Shown here: in pieces, positions 38,752 through 49,388 of the stretch
Numbering within the stretch: position 1 is the stretch's first letter
Layout: every line of letters starts with the position of its first letter
Assembly: GCA_963664225.1 (NCBI GenBank)
Contig: OY760937.1
Location: forward strand, 608,001 to 672,000
Direction of reading: 5' to 3'
Source: Verrucomicrobiia bacterium
GTDB taxonomy: Bacteria > Verrucomicrobiota > Verrucomicrobiia > Limisphaerales > UBA1319
DNA: 64,000 nt
Translations under genes and position numbers: made by a program
Notes under the pieces: generated by a model
Told to the model about the DNA's origin: nothing
The model's input: only the letters and a program-made list of their open reading frames with translations
The model's database searches: none

Positions 38752-38801
38752 AAAACAGCCTTTGCGAGTTCAACAGGAACCTGCAAAGGCTGTTTTGTTT
38801 T
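38752..38801. terminator. bidirectional intrinsic terminator
   Basis: AAAACAGCCTTTGC ... GCAAAGGCTGTTTT stem flanked by A and T tracts, between convergent genes. Confidence 0.85.
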
Positions 38802-38853
38802 CAATGTGAGAGGGAGGAAGCCCGTTTTCAAGCGGGCTCAAAGAGGAGTGCGC

Positions 38854-39234
38854 TCAAATATGTTTTGAGTCGTCTGCGTTCTTCGCGGTGTAGCCTGTGT
38901 CCTGGCGTTGGAAATTGACGGCGTTCTTCTTGAGGTAAGCCTGGAAGACGTCATCGGCACTCATGCCGAGGACCTGGGCGGAGCTGATGAGGAAATGAAA
39001 GAGATCGACGACCTCGACGCGGGCGTTTTGAGCATCGAATTTCTGATATTTGGCCCACCACTTCCAGGGAACACTGTCGGTTAATTCAGCGATTTCCTGG
39101 GTCATGGCGCGGCAATAATTCAAAATCCACTCTGTTTTCTGGGCGTCGGTCATGTTCTCGGTGTGAACGCCGATACGCTCGTTGAGGGACTTCTGCATGC
39201 GGAACATTTCCCGCAATTGATCTGGTGTATCCAT
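38854..39234 (-). CDS. dimeric all-alpha dUTPase (dUTPase_2 family)
   Basis: QEIAEL, WKWW, VEVVDLFHFLIS, KNAVNFQRQ. Confidence 0.88.
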   Translation of the reverse strand: MDTPDQLREMFRMQKSLNERIGVHTENMTDAQKTEWILNYCRAMTQEIAELTDSVPWKWWAKYQKFDAQNARVEVVDLFHFLISSAQVLGMSADDVFQAYLKKNAVNFQRQDTGYTAKNADDSKHI

Positions 39235-39408
39235 GCGTCCACGATTTCCACAGACGGGCGCGGAGGCAAGCGAATTTAGCATTAAAATGCTTAAGGAATG
39301 CGCGCGGGCCGTGGAACTTTTGGCGGCAATCGCCCGTTTTTCTTAAAAAGAGTCATTTTTCGTGATATTTGGCTTGTCAAAAGACCGGGAGCTTTGGCAA
39401 CTATTCGT

Positions 39409-40971
39409 ATGGTAACTTTAAAGGAACAAGAGAACCTTGATTCCGTTTTTTTCAAATTGGCCGATGAGTTTTTTCAAAGCCGTGACACCGGACTGACGTT
39501 CGACGATGTCACGCTGGCCACCTTGTATTCTGAGATCCTCCCGCGCGAAACGCAGTTTGACGTGGAACTGGCAGAGGGATTGCGCCTGAACATCCCCATC
39601 ATTTCCTCCGATATGGATACGGTTACGGAGTCGAGAATGGCGATCGCCATGGCTCTGAACGGCGGTTTGGGGCTGATTCATTACAACATGCCGGAACGCC
39701 AGCAACTCTCAGAGGTTTCGCGTGTCAAAAACCATGTTCACGGATTGATTCAGGAGCCGATCAAAGTGGCGCCCGAACAACTGATCGGCGATGTGCTGGA
39801 ATTGGTTGAGGAAAAGCATTTTGGTTTTCGGACCTTCCCGGTGGTGGATGGGACCGGGAAGTTGATCGGGCTGTTGTCAGGGCACGTCGTGAAGCCACGT
39901 TATGCCAAAAGCACGGTTTCCCAACTGCTGACTCCACGCGATCAAGTCGAGACGATTCAGAAAAAGGACCTTGGAAAAGATCCCGTTGGTCGCGCCGATA
40001 AGTTTTTTGCGGAGCATCCTGGGATTAACAAACTGCTGGTGGTGGATGAGAATGACCATTTGCGGGGTCTCTTCACGATGAGCGATGTGGAGCGCATCAG
40101 CCAGGAACGCAAAGCCCAGTTTCGGCCCGCCCGTGATTCGCAATACCGGTTGCTTTGCGGAGCGGCCATTTCGGCCACACGCAATGCGTTTGGGGATTTG
40201 GATCGCGAACGCATTCTAGGCCATGTTGGGGGCATGGTGGAACGCGGTCTGGATGTGGTGGCGGTTTCCACGGCCCATGGTCATTCCAAAGGGGTGGGAG
40301 ACACCGTGAAGTTATTAAGGAGCGCTTTTCCAAGCTTACCCATTATTGCTGGCAACGTTACGAGCAGTTCGGGCGTGGAATATCTGGCGGAGTGTGGCGC
40401 CAATGGCATCAAAATCGGTCAAGGCCCCGGTTCCATCTGCACAACGCGACTGGTCGCCGGAGTGGGCATTCCACAGATGACGGCGCTGTATCTGGCTTCC
40501 CGCTCGGCCCGCAGGAAGAAAGTATCCATTATCGCTGACGGTGGCATCACGAAGTCCGGCGACATGGTGAAGGCATTAACCCTGGCCAATGCCGTTATTT
40601 GCGGCGGGCTCTTTGCCGGATGCACCGAGGCTCCCGGCGAACTTCTTGAAATCAATGGCAAGGTTTACAAACAATACCGTGGAATGGGGAGCATGGCGGC
40701 GATGAAGTCAGGTTCCGCCTCCCGATATGGGCACGAAAAACATCTCACACAAAAAGTCGCTCCGGAAGGGATTGAGGCTTTGAAAGAAGTGTCGGGTTCG
40801 GTCGATCAAGTGTTGGGGCAGCTCATTGGGGGTATTCAATCGGGAATGGGGTATCTGGGCGTGGCCAATCTGGAACAACTTCGGCAAAAAGCCCGATACA
40901 TGGAAGTCAGCGCCGCCGGCCAACGAGAGGCCGCACCGCACGATGTTGTGGAATTAAAGACGGGTAAATAG
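39409..40971 (+). CDS. guaB: IMP dehydrogenase with a CBS pair
   Basis: [21 protein letters not shown] (catalytic Cys), ADGGI, YRGMGS, flap RY, PEGIE. Confidence 0.95.
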   Translation: MVTLKEQENLDSVFFKLADEFFQSRDTGLTFDDVTLATLYSEILPRETQFDVELAEGLRLNIPIISSDMDTVTESRMAIAMALNGGLGLIHYNMPERQQLSEVSRVKNHVHGLIQEPIKVAPEQLIGDVLELVEEKHFGFRTFPVVDGTGKLIGLLSGHVVKPRYAKSTVSQLLTPRDQVETIQKKDLGKDPVGRADKFFAEHPGINKLLVVDENDHLRGLFTMSDVERISQERKAQFRPARDSQYRLLCGAAISATRNAFGDLDRERILGHVGGMVERGLDVVAVSTAHGHSKGVGDTVKLLRSAFPSLPIIAGNVTSSSGVEYLAECGANGIKIGQGPGSICTTRLVAGVGIPQMTALYLASRSARRKKVSIIADGGITKSGDMVKALTLANAVICGGLFAGCTEAPGELLEINGKVYKQYRGMGSMAAMKSGSASRYGHEKHLTQKVAPEGIEALKEVSGSVDQVLGQLIGGIQSGMGYLGVANLEQLRQKARYMEVSAAGQREAAPHDVVELKTGK

Positions 40972-41141
40972 AGGAAGAGGGGCGGTTCTGCAAAGGATCG
41001 CGACTTTGATAAATCCTTGCGCGATTGTGGCCGGCCCGGGGTAGTCAATGCCCTGGCCACTCCCATTTCAAATGGTGCCGGTCGTCTGTTTGATTGCATC
41101 AACTCCTTGCAGGCGGGTTGGCTGGAGATTATAAATGGGGG

Positions 41142-41768
41142 ATGTTGCCGACTTTGTTAAGCCATGGCGGCCCTGTGATGTGGCTGCTAATCGTGGTCAG
41201 CGCGGTGGCGATGGTGGTATTTTTGGAACGCTTTTTGCATTATCACCGTGCGCAGATCAATTCGACCGAGTTTTTAAACGGGGTGCGAAATGTGATGCGC
41301 CGTGAAAACGTGGTGGAGGCGATCTCGATTTGCGAAGCGACGCCCGGGCCGGTGGCGCGGCTGGTGAAAACCGCGATTTTGAACCGGGAACGCGGCCGCG
41401 ACGGCGTGAGGGAGGCCCTGGAGGAAGCAGGGCTGGTGGAAGTGCCGCGGCTGGAGGAAAAGCTCAATTTGCTGGCGACCATTGCGCATATCGCGCCATT
41501 GATCGGGCTGTTGGGAACGGTGCTGGGATTCATCCGGATGTTCATGGAGCTCCAAAAGGCCGGGCTTTACGCGAATGCGGGCGTGCTGGCGGGGGGGATT
41601 TGGGAGGCGTTGATCGGAACCGCCGCGGGTCTGGCGCTGGCGATTCCCTGCTATGCGGCGTATAACTACCTTGTGAGCCGCGTCAATGCGATCGTGCTGG
41701 ACATGGAGAAGGCGGCCACGGAGGTGCTGAACATCGTCACCGAGACCACGAATAACAAGCAGCCGTGA
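41142..41768 (+). CDS. exbB: MotA/TolQ/ExbB proton channel
   Basis: GGPVMW, APLIGLLGTVLG, GGIWEALIGTAAGL. Confidence 0.9.
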   Translation: MLPTLLSHGGPVMWLLIVVSAVAMVVFLERFLHYHRAQINSTEFLNGVRNVMRRENVVEAISICEATPGPVARLVKTAILNRERGRDGVREALEEAGLVEVPRLEEKLNLLATIAHIAPLIGLLGTVLGFIRMFMELQKAGLYANAGVLAGGIWEALIGTAAGLALAIPCYAAYNYLVSRVNAIVLDMEKAATEVLNIVTETTNNKQP

Positions 41769-42196
41769 AATTTCCCCGCAACGCCAAAATATTTCGTGGG
41801 CAAATGGACGCCGCGCCATTCATGGGCGTTTTCTTTTTGCTGACGATCTTTTTGCTGTTGAACACGAGCCTGGTGTTTACGCCGGGCGTGCAGATACGAT
41901 TGCCCGAGGCGTCCGGTCGGCCATTGCCCGGGGTGGAGAATCCCACGGTGGTGGTATCCATGGATTTGAGCGGACAGCTCTATTTTGAGAATCAAGCCAT
42001 TCAGGAGAAGGAGTTGTCGAGGCGCTTGAGGGAGAAAGCGGCGATGTATAACGACCTGGTGGTTGTGATCGACGCGGACAAGGCGGTGGAACTGGAGGCG
42101 TTATTCCGGCTCAGCAAGCTGGCCGGGGATGCCGGGGTCAAGGAAGTGCTGGTGGCCGGGCGACCGGCAGCCCGGAGAACACCTTTTGTGCCATGA
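41765..42196 (+). CDS. exbD: ExbD/TolR family protein
   Basis: Single N-terminal TM, LPEA, IDADK; GTG overlaps the exbB stop. Confidence 0.88.
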   Translation: MKFPRNAKIFRGQMDAAPFMGVFFLLTIFLLLNTSLVFTPGVQIRLPEASGRPLPGVENPTVVVSMDLSGQLYFENQAIQEKELSRRLREKAAMYNDLVVVIDADKAVELEALFRLSKLAGDAGVKEVLVAGRPAARRTPFVP

Positions 42197-42981
42197 ACGG
42201 CGCGGTCATGGAGAATTCAGCCTGGCCGGGGAGTCGCTGGGTCTGGCTGTTGGTTTTGCTGGCGGGCCTGCAAGTGTTCTTGATCTGGGAATATTCAGAA
42301 CAGGCCGAGCCACCCAGGGAGCGAATTGCGCGACCGGCGGTGTCGAGTCTTGTTTTCAATGCGCAATCCAACGCCGCATCGGTCGCGTGGCTTGCGTTGG
42401 GCGATCCCACCATTTTTTCACTGGCCAATCCCAATAATTTTTCGGGGCGCGCCTGGCTCAACGGTCAATCCATGGCGCATCCGTGGAAGGATTGGGTGGA
42501 GACGCATGGGGGACAAAAGTTGAATCCAGCGGATTTGGGGCAGACATTCGTTCGTGGTTTTGGAAACCGAACGGAAGTGTCCGGGGTGATGGTTGAAAAA
42601 CCTGAAGCGGCGCTGGCGGTTTTGATGGTCAATGGCGGCCCCATAACAACACAATCCGTAATGCGGATCGAAGGAGATCTGGCAAGACTCAAGCTTGAAA
42701 AAGCGGCCGATTTACCCGGATGGACCAATGCGGAAACGCTGGCTCCAACCACGGTGGAAATGGGGGTGGGATCCGATGGTTTGCCGTTCTCGGTGCGATT
42801 GATGGAGCGCTGTGGATTGGCGGCGGCGGATCAGTATGCCGTGAACGCGGCGCGCGGTTTGCGGTTTGCGGCCCAGAGCTTGAATCTTGAGCCAAGTCCG
42901 GATCTGACATGGGGGCGCGCGGTGTTTCAATGGCAGACCTTGATGGTGGCCGCCACCAATAGCGCGGCTGCAAATCGTTGA
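42193..42981 (+). CDS. TonB/TolA-like energy transducer (inferred)
   Basis: N-terminal TM; C-terminus (VEMGVGSDG...CGLAAADQYAVNAARGLRF) resembles TonB_C; follows exbBD. Confidence 0.6.
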   Translation: MNGAVMENSAWPGSRWVWLLVLLAGLQVFLIWEYSEQAEPPRERIARPAVSSLVFNAQSNAASVAWLALGDPTIFSLANPNNFSGRAWLNGQSMAHPWKDWVETHGGQKLNPADLGQTFVRGFGNRTEVSGVMVEKPEAALAVLMVNGGPITTQSVMRIEGDLARLKLEKAADLPGWTNAETLAPTTVEMGVGSDGLPFSVRLMERCGLAAADQYAVNAARGLRFAAQSLNLEPSPDLTWGRAVFQWQTLMVAATNSAAANR

Positions 42982-43024
42982 CTCGCATGAATCTGAGAGA
43001 ATCATTCATCTGGACCAGTATGCG

Positions 43025-43273
43025 ATGGGATGGCAAGGGGGTGGTTTGTTGACGCCGGACGCGCTCATTTTCGGCTTCGCGGTTTCGATGCTTGCGGCGC
43101 TTTCGATCGTTGCCCTATATTCAGAACTGCGTCGCAAGCGCTTCGAATCGCCGCCCAGCGCGGACCGGATTTTCCGATGCGAGAAGTGCGCGTTTGTCTA
43201 TACGGATGACGCGGATGTGGAGCGTTCGCGGTGTCCACAGTGCGGGTGTTCGAACCGTTATATCGTGTTTTAG
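43025..43273 (+). CDS. small membrane-anchored zinc-ribbon protein
   Basis: TM helix followed by CEKC...CPQC. Confidence 0.7.
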   Translation: MGWQGGGLLTPDALIFGFAVSMLAALSIVALYSELRRKRFESPPSADRIFRCEKCAFVYTDDADVERSRCPQCGCSNRYIVF

Positions 43274-43390
43274 CGCCACGGTGGACGACGGTTCGCAGAG
43301 CCGTCCGTTTAAATTTACCGATCCAATCATCAGACACAAAGCGTGGTCAGGAGCCGACTTCCAGCCGCGCATTTTTTATCAGGAAACATC

Positions 43391-44062
43391 ATGAAAGAAT
43401 TTTTCATAGCCACACGCAACCAGCACAAGGCGCAGGAAATCATGGCGGTGCTTGGAGGTGAATTCGGATGCCGGACGTTGCGGGATTGCGCGTCCGCACC
43501 GGAGGTGGAGGAGGATGCGGACAGCTTTGCGGGGAACGCGCGGAAGAAGGCGGCGGCGCTGGCGTCCTGGCTGGAGAAGAATCCGCGGGCGGCAGATCGC
43601 AAGGGCGGCAAGGGTGGCAGGGGATTGGCGGAGGTTTATGTGCTGGCGGACGATTCGGGATTGGAAGTCGATGTGTTGAATGGCGCTCCGGGGGTGTATT
43701 CCGCGCGTTTTGCGGCCATGGACTCGGGTGCGAAAGGTAATTCGACGGATGCGGAGAATAACGCCAAGCTGCTGCGTTTGCTGGCCACAGTGCCTGCGGA
43801 AAAGCGCACGGCCCGGTTTCGATGTGTCATGGTGCTGATCCGCTTGGGCCAGCGAGAGACGGGTCCTGTGGTGTTCGATGGCGTGTGCGAGGGGATGATC
43901 GGTTTTGAACCACGCGGGAAGGGGGGCTTTGGTTACGATCCGCTATTCATGCCGGTGGGGCATGCGGTTTCCTTTGCGGAGCTGGGCGCGGAAGTGAAGA
44001 ACACGATGAGCCATCGGGCCAAGGCGTTGGAGAAGCTCAAACAGTATCTGGCGGGCATTTGA
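43391..44062 (+). CDS. rdgB: non-canonical purine NTP pyrophosphatase (RdgB/HAM1)
   Basis: ATRNQHK, ADDSGLEV, PGVYSAR, GFGYDPLF, KNTMSHR. Confidence 0.96.
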   Translation: MKEFFIATRNQHKAQEIMAVLGGEFGCRTLRDCASAPEVEEDADSFAGNARKKAAALASWLEKNPRAADRKGGKGGRGLAEVYVLADDSGLEVDVLNGAPGVYSARFAAMDSGAKGNSTDAENNAKLLRLLATVPAEKRTARFRCVMVLIRLGQRETGPVVFDGVCEGMIGFEPRGKGGFGYDPLFMPVGHAVSFAELGAEVKNTMSHRAKALEKLKQYLAGI

Positions 44063-44147
44063 AAAATGGGTGGTTGGCGCGCTCGTGGGACGGTGCGGGT
44101 TTCGAGGGCTTTGACAGGGTGCGGACACCCGTTAGATTGGCAGGGCA

Positions 44148-47117
44148 ATGCGTAATGACCATCAGGCCGGGATCATCCGATTATGCGGGGTGCGGCAAAA
44201 TAATTTGAAGAACTTCGATCTGGATCTGCCGAAGAACCAGTTGATCGTGGTGACGGGATTGAGCGGATCGGGGAAAAGTTCGCTCGCATTCGAAACGCTC
44301 TTTGCGGAAGGGCAGCGCCGGTATATCGAGACTTTTTCGCCGTATGCGCGCCAGTTTTTCGACCGCATGGACAAGCCCCAAGTGGACCGCATCGAGGGCA
44401 TACCGCCGGCCATCGCCGTGGAGCAGCGCAACACCGTGCGCACCACGCGGTCCACGGTCGGCACCATGACAGAGGTCTGCGATTACATGAAGGCGGTGTG
44501 GCCGCATGTGGCGGTGCTGCATTGCCGGGGTTGCGGGAAGACGGTGCGCAAGGATACACCGGCTGGAATCTGGGAGGGATTGCAGACGACGGCGGGGGTC
44601 GGTGCGGAGGCGCTGATCACCTTTTCCGTGAAGCTGTCCGAAAAACTGAGCCTGTCCGAATCCCTCGTGCTGATTGCCAGGCAGGGTTATTCGCGGCTGT
44701 TTGCCAACGGAAGCGCGGTGCGGATCGAGGAGGCGGAGGCGTTTTTCAAAGATACCGAGATTCATGAATTGACGGTGCTTCAGGACCGGATCCGGCTCGA
44801 ATCCAGGAACCGGGCGCGTTTTGCCGAGGCCTGCGAGCAGGCGTTTCATTTCGGCAAGGGGCAGGTGGGAATTTTCTGCACGACGGTGGAGAATGGGGCT
44901 GCCAATGGGCAGAAAGATTTGAAGCCAATGCGGTTTTCGAACCGGCTGCATTGCGCGGAATGCGACCTGGCTTATGCGGAGCCGACCCCAGCGCTTTTCA
45001 CTTTTAATCACCCCGTGGGGGCCTGCCCGGCGTGCCACGGGTTTGGGCGAATCATCACCATCGATTACCGCAAAGCCCTGCCGGACCGATCGCTGACACT
45101 GGCGCAAGGAGCAGTGAAGCCGTGGCAAACGGGAGTTTCCGCGGAATGCCAGGAGGACTTGCTCAAATATTGCAGCAAGCGAAAAGTGAAGACGGATGTG
45201 CCGTTTGAAAAGCTGCCCAAGGCGCATCAGGATTGGGTGATTGAGGGGGATGCGGATTACGGGACGGACCCGCAGCACGAATGGCCGCACGCCTGGTATG
45301 GGGTGAAAGGATTCTTCCGTTATCTTGAGAAGAAGTCCTACAAAATGCATGTGCGCGTATTGTTGTCGCGTTACCGCACCTATACAACGTGTCCAGACTG
45401 CGGGGGAAAACGCTTTCAACCTGAGACATTGCTGTATCGCGTGCCCGGGCCCGAACCGATCTCCCTGGCGGATTTTTATCAAAAACCGGCTGCGGATGCC
45501 CTGGTTTACATGGAGAAACTGGCAATCCGAAAGAAATTCAAAAGCACGGACACGATCGGTCTGGCATTGACCGAGGTGGAATCGCGTTTGCGATATCTGG
45601 TGGAGGCGGGCCTGGGCTACATCACATTGGATCGGCCCATGCGATCGCTTTCCGGCGGAGAGACGGAGCGTGTGAACCTGACGACCTGCCTGGGAACGCG
45701 CTTGGTGCAGACACTGTTTGTGCTGGATGAGCCCAGCGTGGGACTCCATTGGCGGGACACGGAACGGCTGGTTCATATCCTGGAAACTTTAAGGGATACG
45801 GGGAACACCGTCGTGGTGGTGGAGCATGAGGCCACGGTCATGCGGGCGGCGGATCAGATCGTCGATCTGGGGCCGGGATCGGGCGAGCAGGGGGGACACA
45901 TTGTTTTTCAGGGGAATTATGGTGAGTTATTAAAATCCACGGAATCGCTGACGGGGCATTATTTAAGCGGGCGGAGGAGTGTGGAAATTCCGGCGCGCCG
46001 CCCGGTGAAGAGAAAGCAGGGCGACTGGATCGTGCTACGTCACGCCTGTCTGCATAACCTGAAAGATCTGACATTTGAATTGCCGTTGGGCCGCCTCGTC
46101 TGCCTGAGCGGAGTGAGTGGCTCGGGCAAGACCACGATCATTCGCGAAGTGCTCATGCCGGTGCTGGAGCAGAAGTTCACTTCCAAGCCGGAGGAACCGG
46201 ACGAGGAGGCGAATGGCGGAGACGATGCGGTTGAATCCCAGCAGACCCAGTCGATCGAGATTGAGGGATGGGAGGCATTGGGGCGGGTGTTGCTGGTCGA
46301 GCAATCGCCTTTGGGAAAGACGCCGAGGTCTAATCCGGCGGTTTACTCCGGCGCATTCGACGACCTGCGCGAGTTGTTTTCACAGAGTGAAATGGCGCGC
46401 CAACGGGGCATGAACGCCAGCGCATTCAGTTTCAACTCGGCCCAGGGACAATGCGAGCGATGCCGGGGCGCGGGGTATGAAAAAATCGAGATGCAGTTCC
46501 TGAGCGATGTGTTTGTCCGCTGCCCTGAATGCAATGGACGGCGCTACCGCCCGCATATTCTCGAGGTGACGATTTCCAATGGAGAGAAGTCCTGGAGCAT
46601 TGCGGACCTGCTCGAGGCAACGGTGGACGACGTGGTGCGATTTCTGACCAGCCGACCCGACGACAAATTTGCCGTGCGCGCCCGGGAGCGGCTAAAGCTG
46701 TTGCAGGAAGTGGGCCTCGGTTACTTGCGTTTGGGCCAACCGATCAACACGTTATCGGGTGGAGAAAGCCAGCGGATGAAATTGGTCCGCCACCTGGCCG
46801 AATTTGGGGCAGGGGCCGCCCAAGGGGATAAACCGGCGTTGTTCCTTTTCGACGAACCGACCACGGGGCTGCACTTCGAAGATGTGCGCGTGTTGTTAAA
46901 AGTCTTTCAGCGGATTGTGGACGGCGGACATTCAGTCCTGGTCATAGAGCACAATTTGGATGTGATCAAGTCGGCGGATTGGGTGATCGATCTGGGGCCT
47001 GAAGGGGGCGAGCAGGGCGGTCGCATTGTTGTTGCTGGAACACCGGAGACCATCGCGGCTTGCGAGGCCAGCCACACGGGGCGGGCGTTGAAAACCACAG
47101 AGCAAATCCGGCCCTGA
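44148..47117 (+). CDS. uvrA: excinuclease ABC subunit A family protein
   Basis: Two Walker A motifs (GLSGSGKS, GVSGSGKT), two LSGGE signatures, Zn fingers, EGQRRY. It may be a paralog rather than the main UvrA. Confidence 0.9.
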   Translation: MRNDHQAGIIRLCGVRQNNLKNFDLDLPKNQLIVVTGLSGSGKSSLAFETLFAEGQRRYIETFSPYARQFFDRMDKPQVDRIEGIPPAIAVEQRNTVRTTRSTVGTMTEVCDYMKAVWPHVAVLHCRGCGKTVRKDTPAGIWEGLQTTAGVGAEALITFSVKLSEKLSLSESLVLIARQGYSRLFANGSAVRIEEAEAFFKDTEIHELTVLQDRIRLESRNRARFAEACEQAFHFGKGQVGIFCTTVENGAANGQKDLKPMRFSNRLHCAECDLAYAEPTPALFTFNHPVGACPACHGFGRIITIDYRKALPDRSLTLAQGAVKPWQTGVSAECQEDLLKYCSKRKVKTDVPFEKLPKAHQDWVIEGDADYGTDPQHEWPHAWYGVKGFFRYLEKKSYKMHVRVLLSRYRTYTTCPDCGGKRFQPETLLYRVPGPEPISLADFYQKPAADALVYMEKLAIRKKFKSTDTIGLALTEVESRLRYLVEAGLGYITLDRPMRSLSGGETERVNLTTCLGTRLVQTLFVLDEPSVGLHWRDTERLVHILETLRDTGNTVVVVEHEATVMRAADQIVDLGPGSGEQGGHIVFQGNYGELLKSTESLTGHYLSGRRSVEIPARRPVKRKQGDWIVLRHACLHNLKDLTFELPLGRLVCLSGVSGSGKTTIIREVLMPVLEQKFTSKPEEPDEEANGGDDAVESQQTQSIEIEGWEALGRVLLVEQSPLGKTPRSNPAVYSGAFDDLRELFSQSEMARQRGMNASAFSFNSAQGQCERCRGAGYEKIEMQFLSDVFVRCPECNGRRYRPHILEVTISNGEKSWSIADLLEATVDDVVRFLTSRPDDKFAVRARERLKLLQEVGLGYLRLGQPINTLSGGESQRMKLVRHLAEFGAGAAQGDKPALFLFDEPTTGLHFEDVRVLLKVFQRIVDGGHSVLVIEHNLDVIKSADWVIDLGPEGGEQGGRIVVAGTPETIAACEASHTGRALKTTEQIRP

Positions 47118-47159
47118 AACGGGCCTGTTTTGCGATTTTCAGGAATTCTCCAATGCCAC

Positions 47160-47365
47160 GGGCACCGGACAAAATTAATCGGTGAAAGGGCAAGGACCCA
47201 ATATTATTGAACCTCCTCTCCCCAGGCCCTCTCCTCCATGGGCATGGAGGAGAGGGTGAATACCGGACCCTCAATTCCATGGCCTGACTGTGTTCAGTCG
47301 GCCTGTATACCTCCATGTCGTTTTAAAGCCTTTTTCGGCATGCTGAAGAATTTTGTCATGCACGC
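47160..47365. mobile_element. ~205-bp MITE-like element with an internal REP-like hairpin
   Basis: GGGCACCGGACAAAATT ... GAAGAATTTTGTCATGCAC; internal perfect stem CCCTCTCCTCCATG/CATGGAGGAGAGGG. Confidence 0.68.
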
Positions 47366-47451
47366 CATGGCCACACATACCTGCACCCGCGCCTCGACGG
47401 CGGGCCGTTCGTCCACTACTTTAATTGTGATTGAAGGTTTGGGTTCAAAGC

Positions 47452-49245
47452 ATGGAACGCATCTGGAACGCAATGGCCAATTTCATCAAGGGTCATTGGC
47501 GTCTGGCGCTGCCCTGGCGGGAGCGCCTGAAGATCAGCGAGGAGGCGATTCATCTCCTTCTGGCGGGGGTTGTCGGCGTGATTGGCGGGTTTGTAAATCT
47601 GGGATTTCATCTGGCCAATGAGGCCATCGAGGCGTTGCTCTTCCATCGTCCGGGCGAACTGGCGTCTGTAGCGGCATCCCTGCCGTGGTGGGGCCGCCTG
47701 CTGGTGCCGTGCGCGGGCGGACTTCTGGCCGGCCTGATTTTGTATTGGGGCCTGCGCATGCTCAACAACACGGGTCCGACCAACCTGCTGGAGGTGGTGG
47801 TGGCCGGGGATGGCCGCCTGCCTTTTCGCTCAGGCATGGTCAAAGGCATTTCCTCCCTTGTGAGCATTTGCTCAGGCGGATCGATCGGCCGCGAAGGTCT
47901 CATCGTTCAACTGTCGGCCACGCTGGCTTCCAAATGGGGCCAACTCGCCCACTGGCAGCCCTACCGTTTGCGACTTCTCGTGGGGTGTGGAGCAGCCTCC
48001 GGAATGGCCGCCGCCTACAATGCTCCCGTGGCGGGCGCGGTATTCGCAGCCCAGATCGTCATGGGCAGCTTCTCCATGCATCTCTTCGCGCCCCTGGTGT
48101 TTTCCGCAGTCGTCGCCTCCATGGTCTCCCGTTCCTTCTTCGGGATTGAACCCTGGTATCAGGCGCCCGAATTTATCTTTACCAGCCTGCGTGAACTGCC
48201 CTGGTTCATTCTACTGGGAATACTTTCGGGATTCGCCGGGGCGGGCTTCTTGAAATTGCTGCGCACCAGCAGCGCGTTGTTCCGCAAGCTGCCGGCTCCG
48301 CTCTATATCCGTCTGGCCCTGGGCGGCCTGATCACCGGCGCCATTGCCATTCTCTATCCCGAAGTCTGGGGGAATGGTTATGAGGCAACCAATCGCATCC
48401 TGCATTCGACACTGCCTTTGACCTTTATCATTGGCCTGCTTTTCGCAAAAACCCTGGCCACTCTATCGACCGTTGGCTCGGGCGCGGTGGGCGGCGTTTT
48501 TACCCCCACTCTTTTTGTGGGAGCCACGCTTGGATGCGTCTTTGGAACCTTGCTCCACCTGGCGGGCCTGGCCCTGAACCTCCCCACGGGCGTCTTTGCG
48601 CTGGTGGGCATGGGGTGTGTGCTGGCCGCGACGGTGCATTCTCCACTGCTGGCCATGATCATGGTTTTTGAATTATCCATGAATTACACCTTCATGCCCC
48701 CGCTCATGATCGCCTGCGTCCTATCCTCCCTCATCGCCCGGAACCTCCACCCGGCCTCCATTTACACGGAGCCTCTCCGGCTTAAGGGATTGCAGGTGGC
48801 GGCGGAACGGGCCGAGCCAGCCTCCGCTTTGGAGAAAACGGTGGGCGACCTGATGCGTGAGAGTGTGCGCCCCGTGCGCGTCAACGCCCCCTTCTCGGAA
48901 ATAACGGATCGGTTTCTCACCAGTTCGAATAATTACCTGCCCGTGGTCAATCCCCAGGGTCGATTGGTTGGCATTGTGGCCCTGCACGATCTAAAAGCCC
49001 ATCTCAACGAAGGCGGAGACCTGGCGCTGGTCATCGCCTACGACCTGATGCGTCCTCCGCCGGCCACACTGACCCCAACCCAGCGGCTCATCGATGTGCT
49101 GCCTGTGGTTCTGGCCAGCGATCTCCACAACATCCCCGTCGTCAGCAGCAACATCGAAGGCCGCCTTGTTGGGGCCATCGTTCGCGCCGAGGCCCTGGGC
49201 GTACTTTCAGAGGCGCTGGCCGCGCGCAATCCCGAGTCGAACTGA
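47452..49245 (+). CDS. ClC-family (ClcB-like) chloride channel/antiporter with a CBS pair
   Basis: GSIGREG, AYNAPVAG, GGVFTPTL and C-terminal CBS domains. Confidence 0.92.
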   Translation: MERIWNAMANFIKGHWRLALPWRERLKISEEAIHLLLAGVVGVIGGFVNLGFHLANEAIEALLFHRPGELASVAASLPWWGRLLVPCAGGLLAGLILYWGLRMLNNTGPTNLLEVVVAGDGRLPFRSGMVKGISSLVSICSGGSIGREGLIVQLSATLASKWGQLAHWQPYRLRLLVGCGAASGMAAAYNAPVAGAVFAAQIVMGSFSMHLFAPLVFSAVVASMVSRSFFGIEPWYQAPEFIFTSLRELPWFILLGILSGFAGAGFLKLLRTSSALFRKLPAPLYIRLALGGLITGAIAILYPEVWGNGYEATNRILHSTLPLTFIIGLLFAKTLATLSTVGSGAVGGVFTPTLFVGATLGCVFGTLLHLAGLALNLPTGVFALVGMGCVLAATVHSPLLAMIMVFELSMNYTFMPPLMIACVLSSLIARNLHPASIYTEPLRLKGLQVAAERAEPASALEKTVGDLMRESVRPVRVNAPFSEITDRFLTSSNNYLPVVNPQGRLVGIVALHDLKAHLNEGGDLALVIAYDLMRPPPATLTPTQRLIDVLPVVLASDLHNIPVVSSNIEGRLVGAIVRAEALGVLSEALAARNPESN

Positions 49246-49388
49246 ACTTTTTTCCCGGCGAATTCCGGTCTCCATTGAGCGCCCCCATTCGCGGAATTCC
49301 TTGCCTGAACGCGTGCCCTGGTCGTAAGTTACCAAAAGCATGAATTGATCTGGATCTGGCCATTATCTGGAGAAACACATGACAGGTT

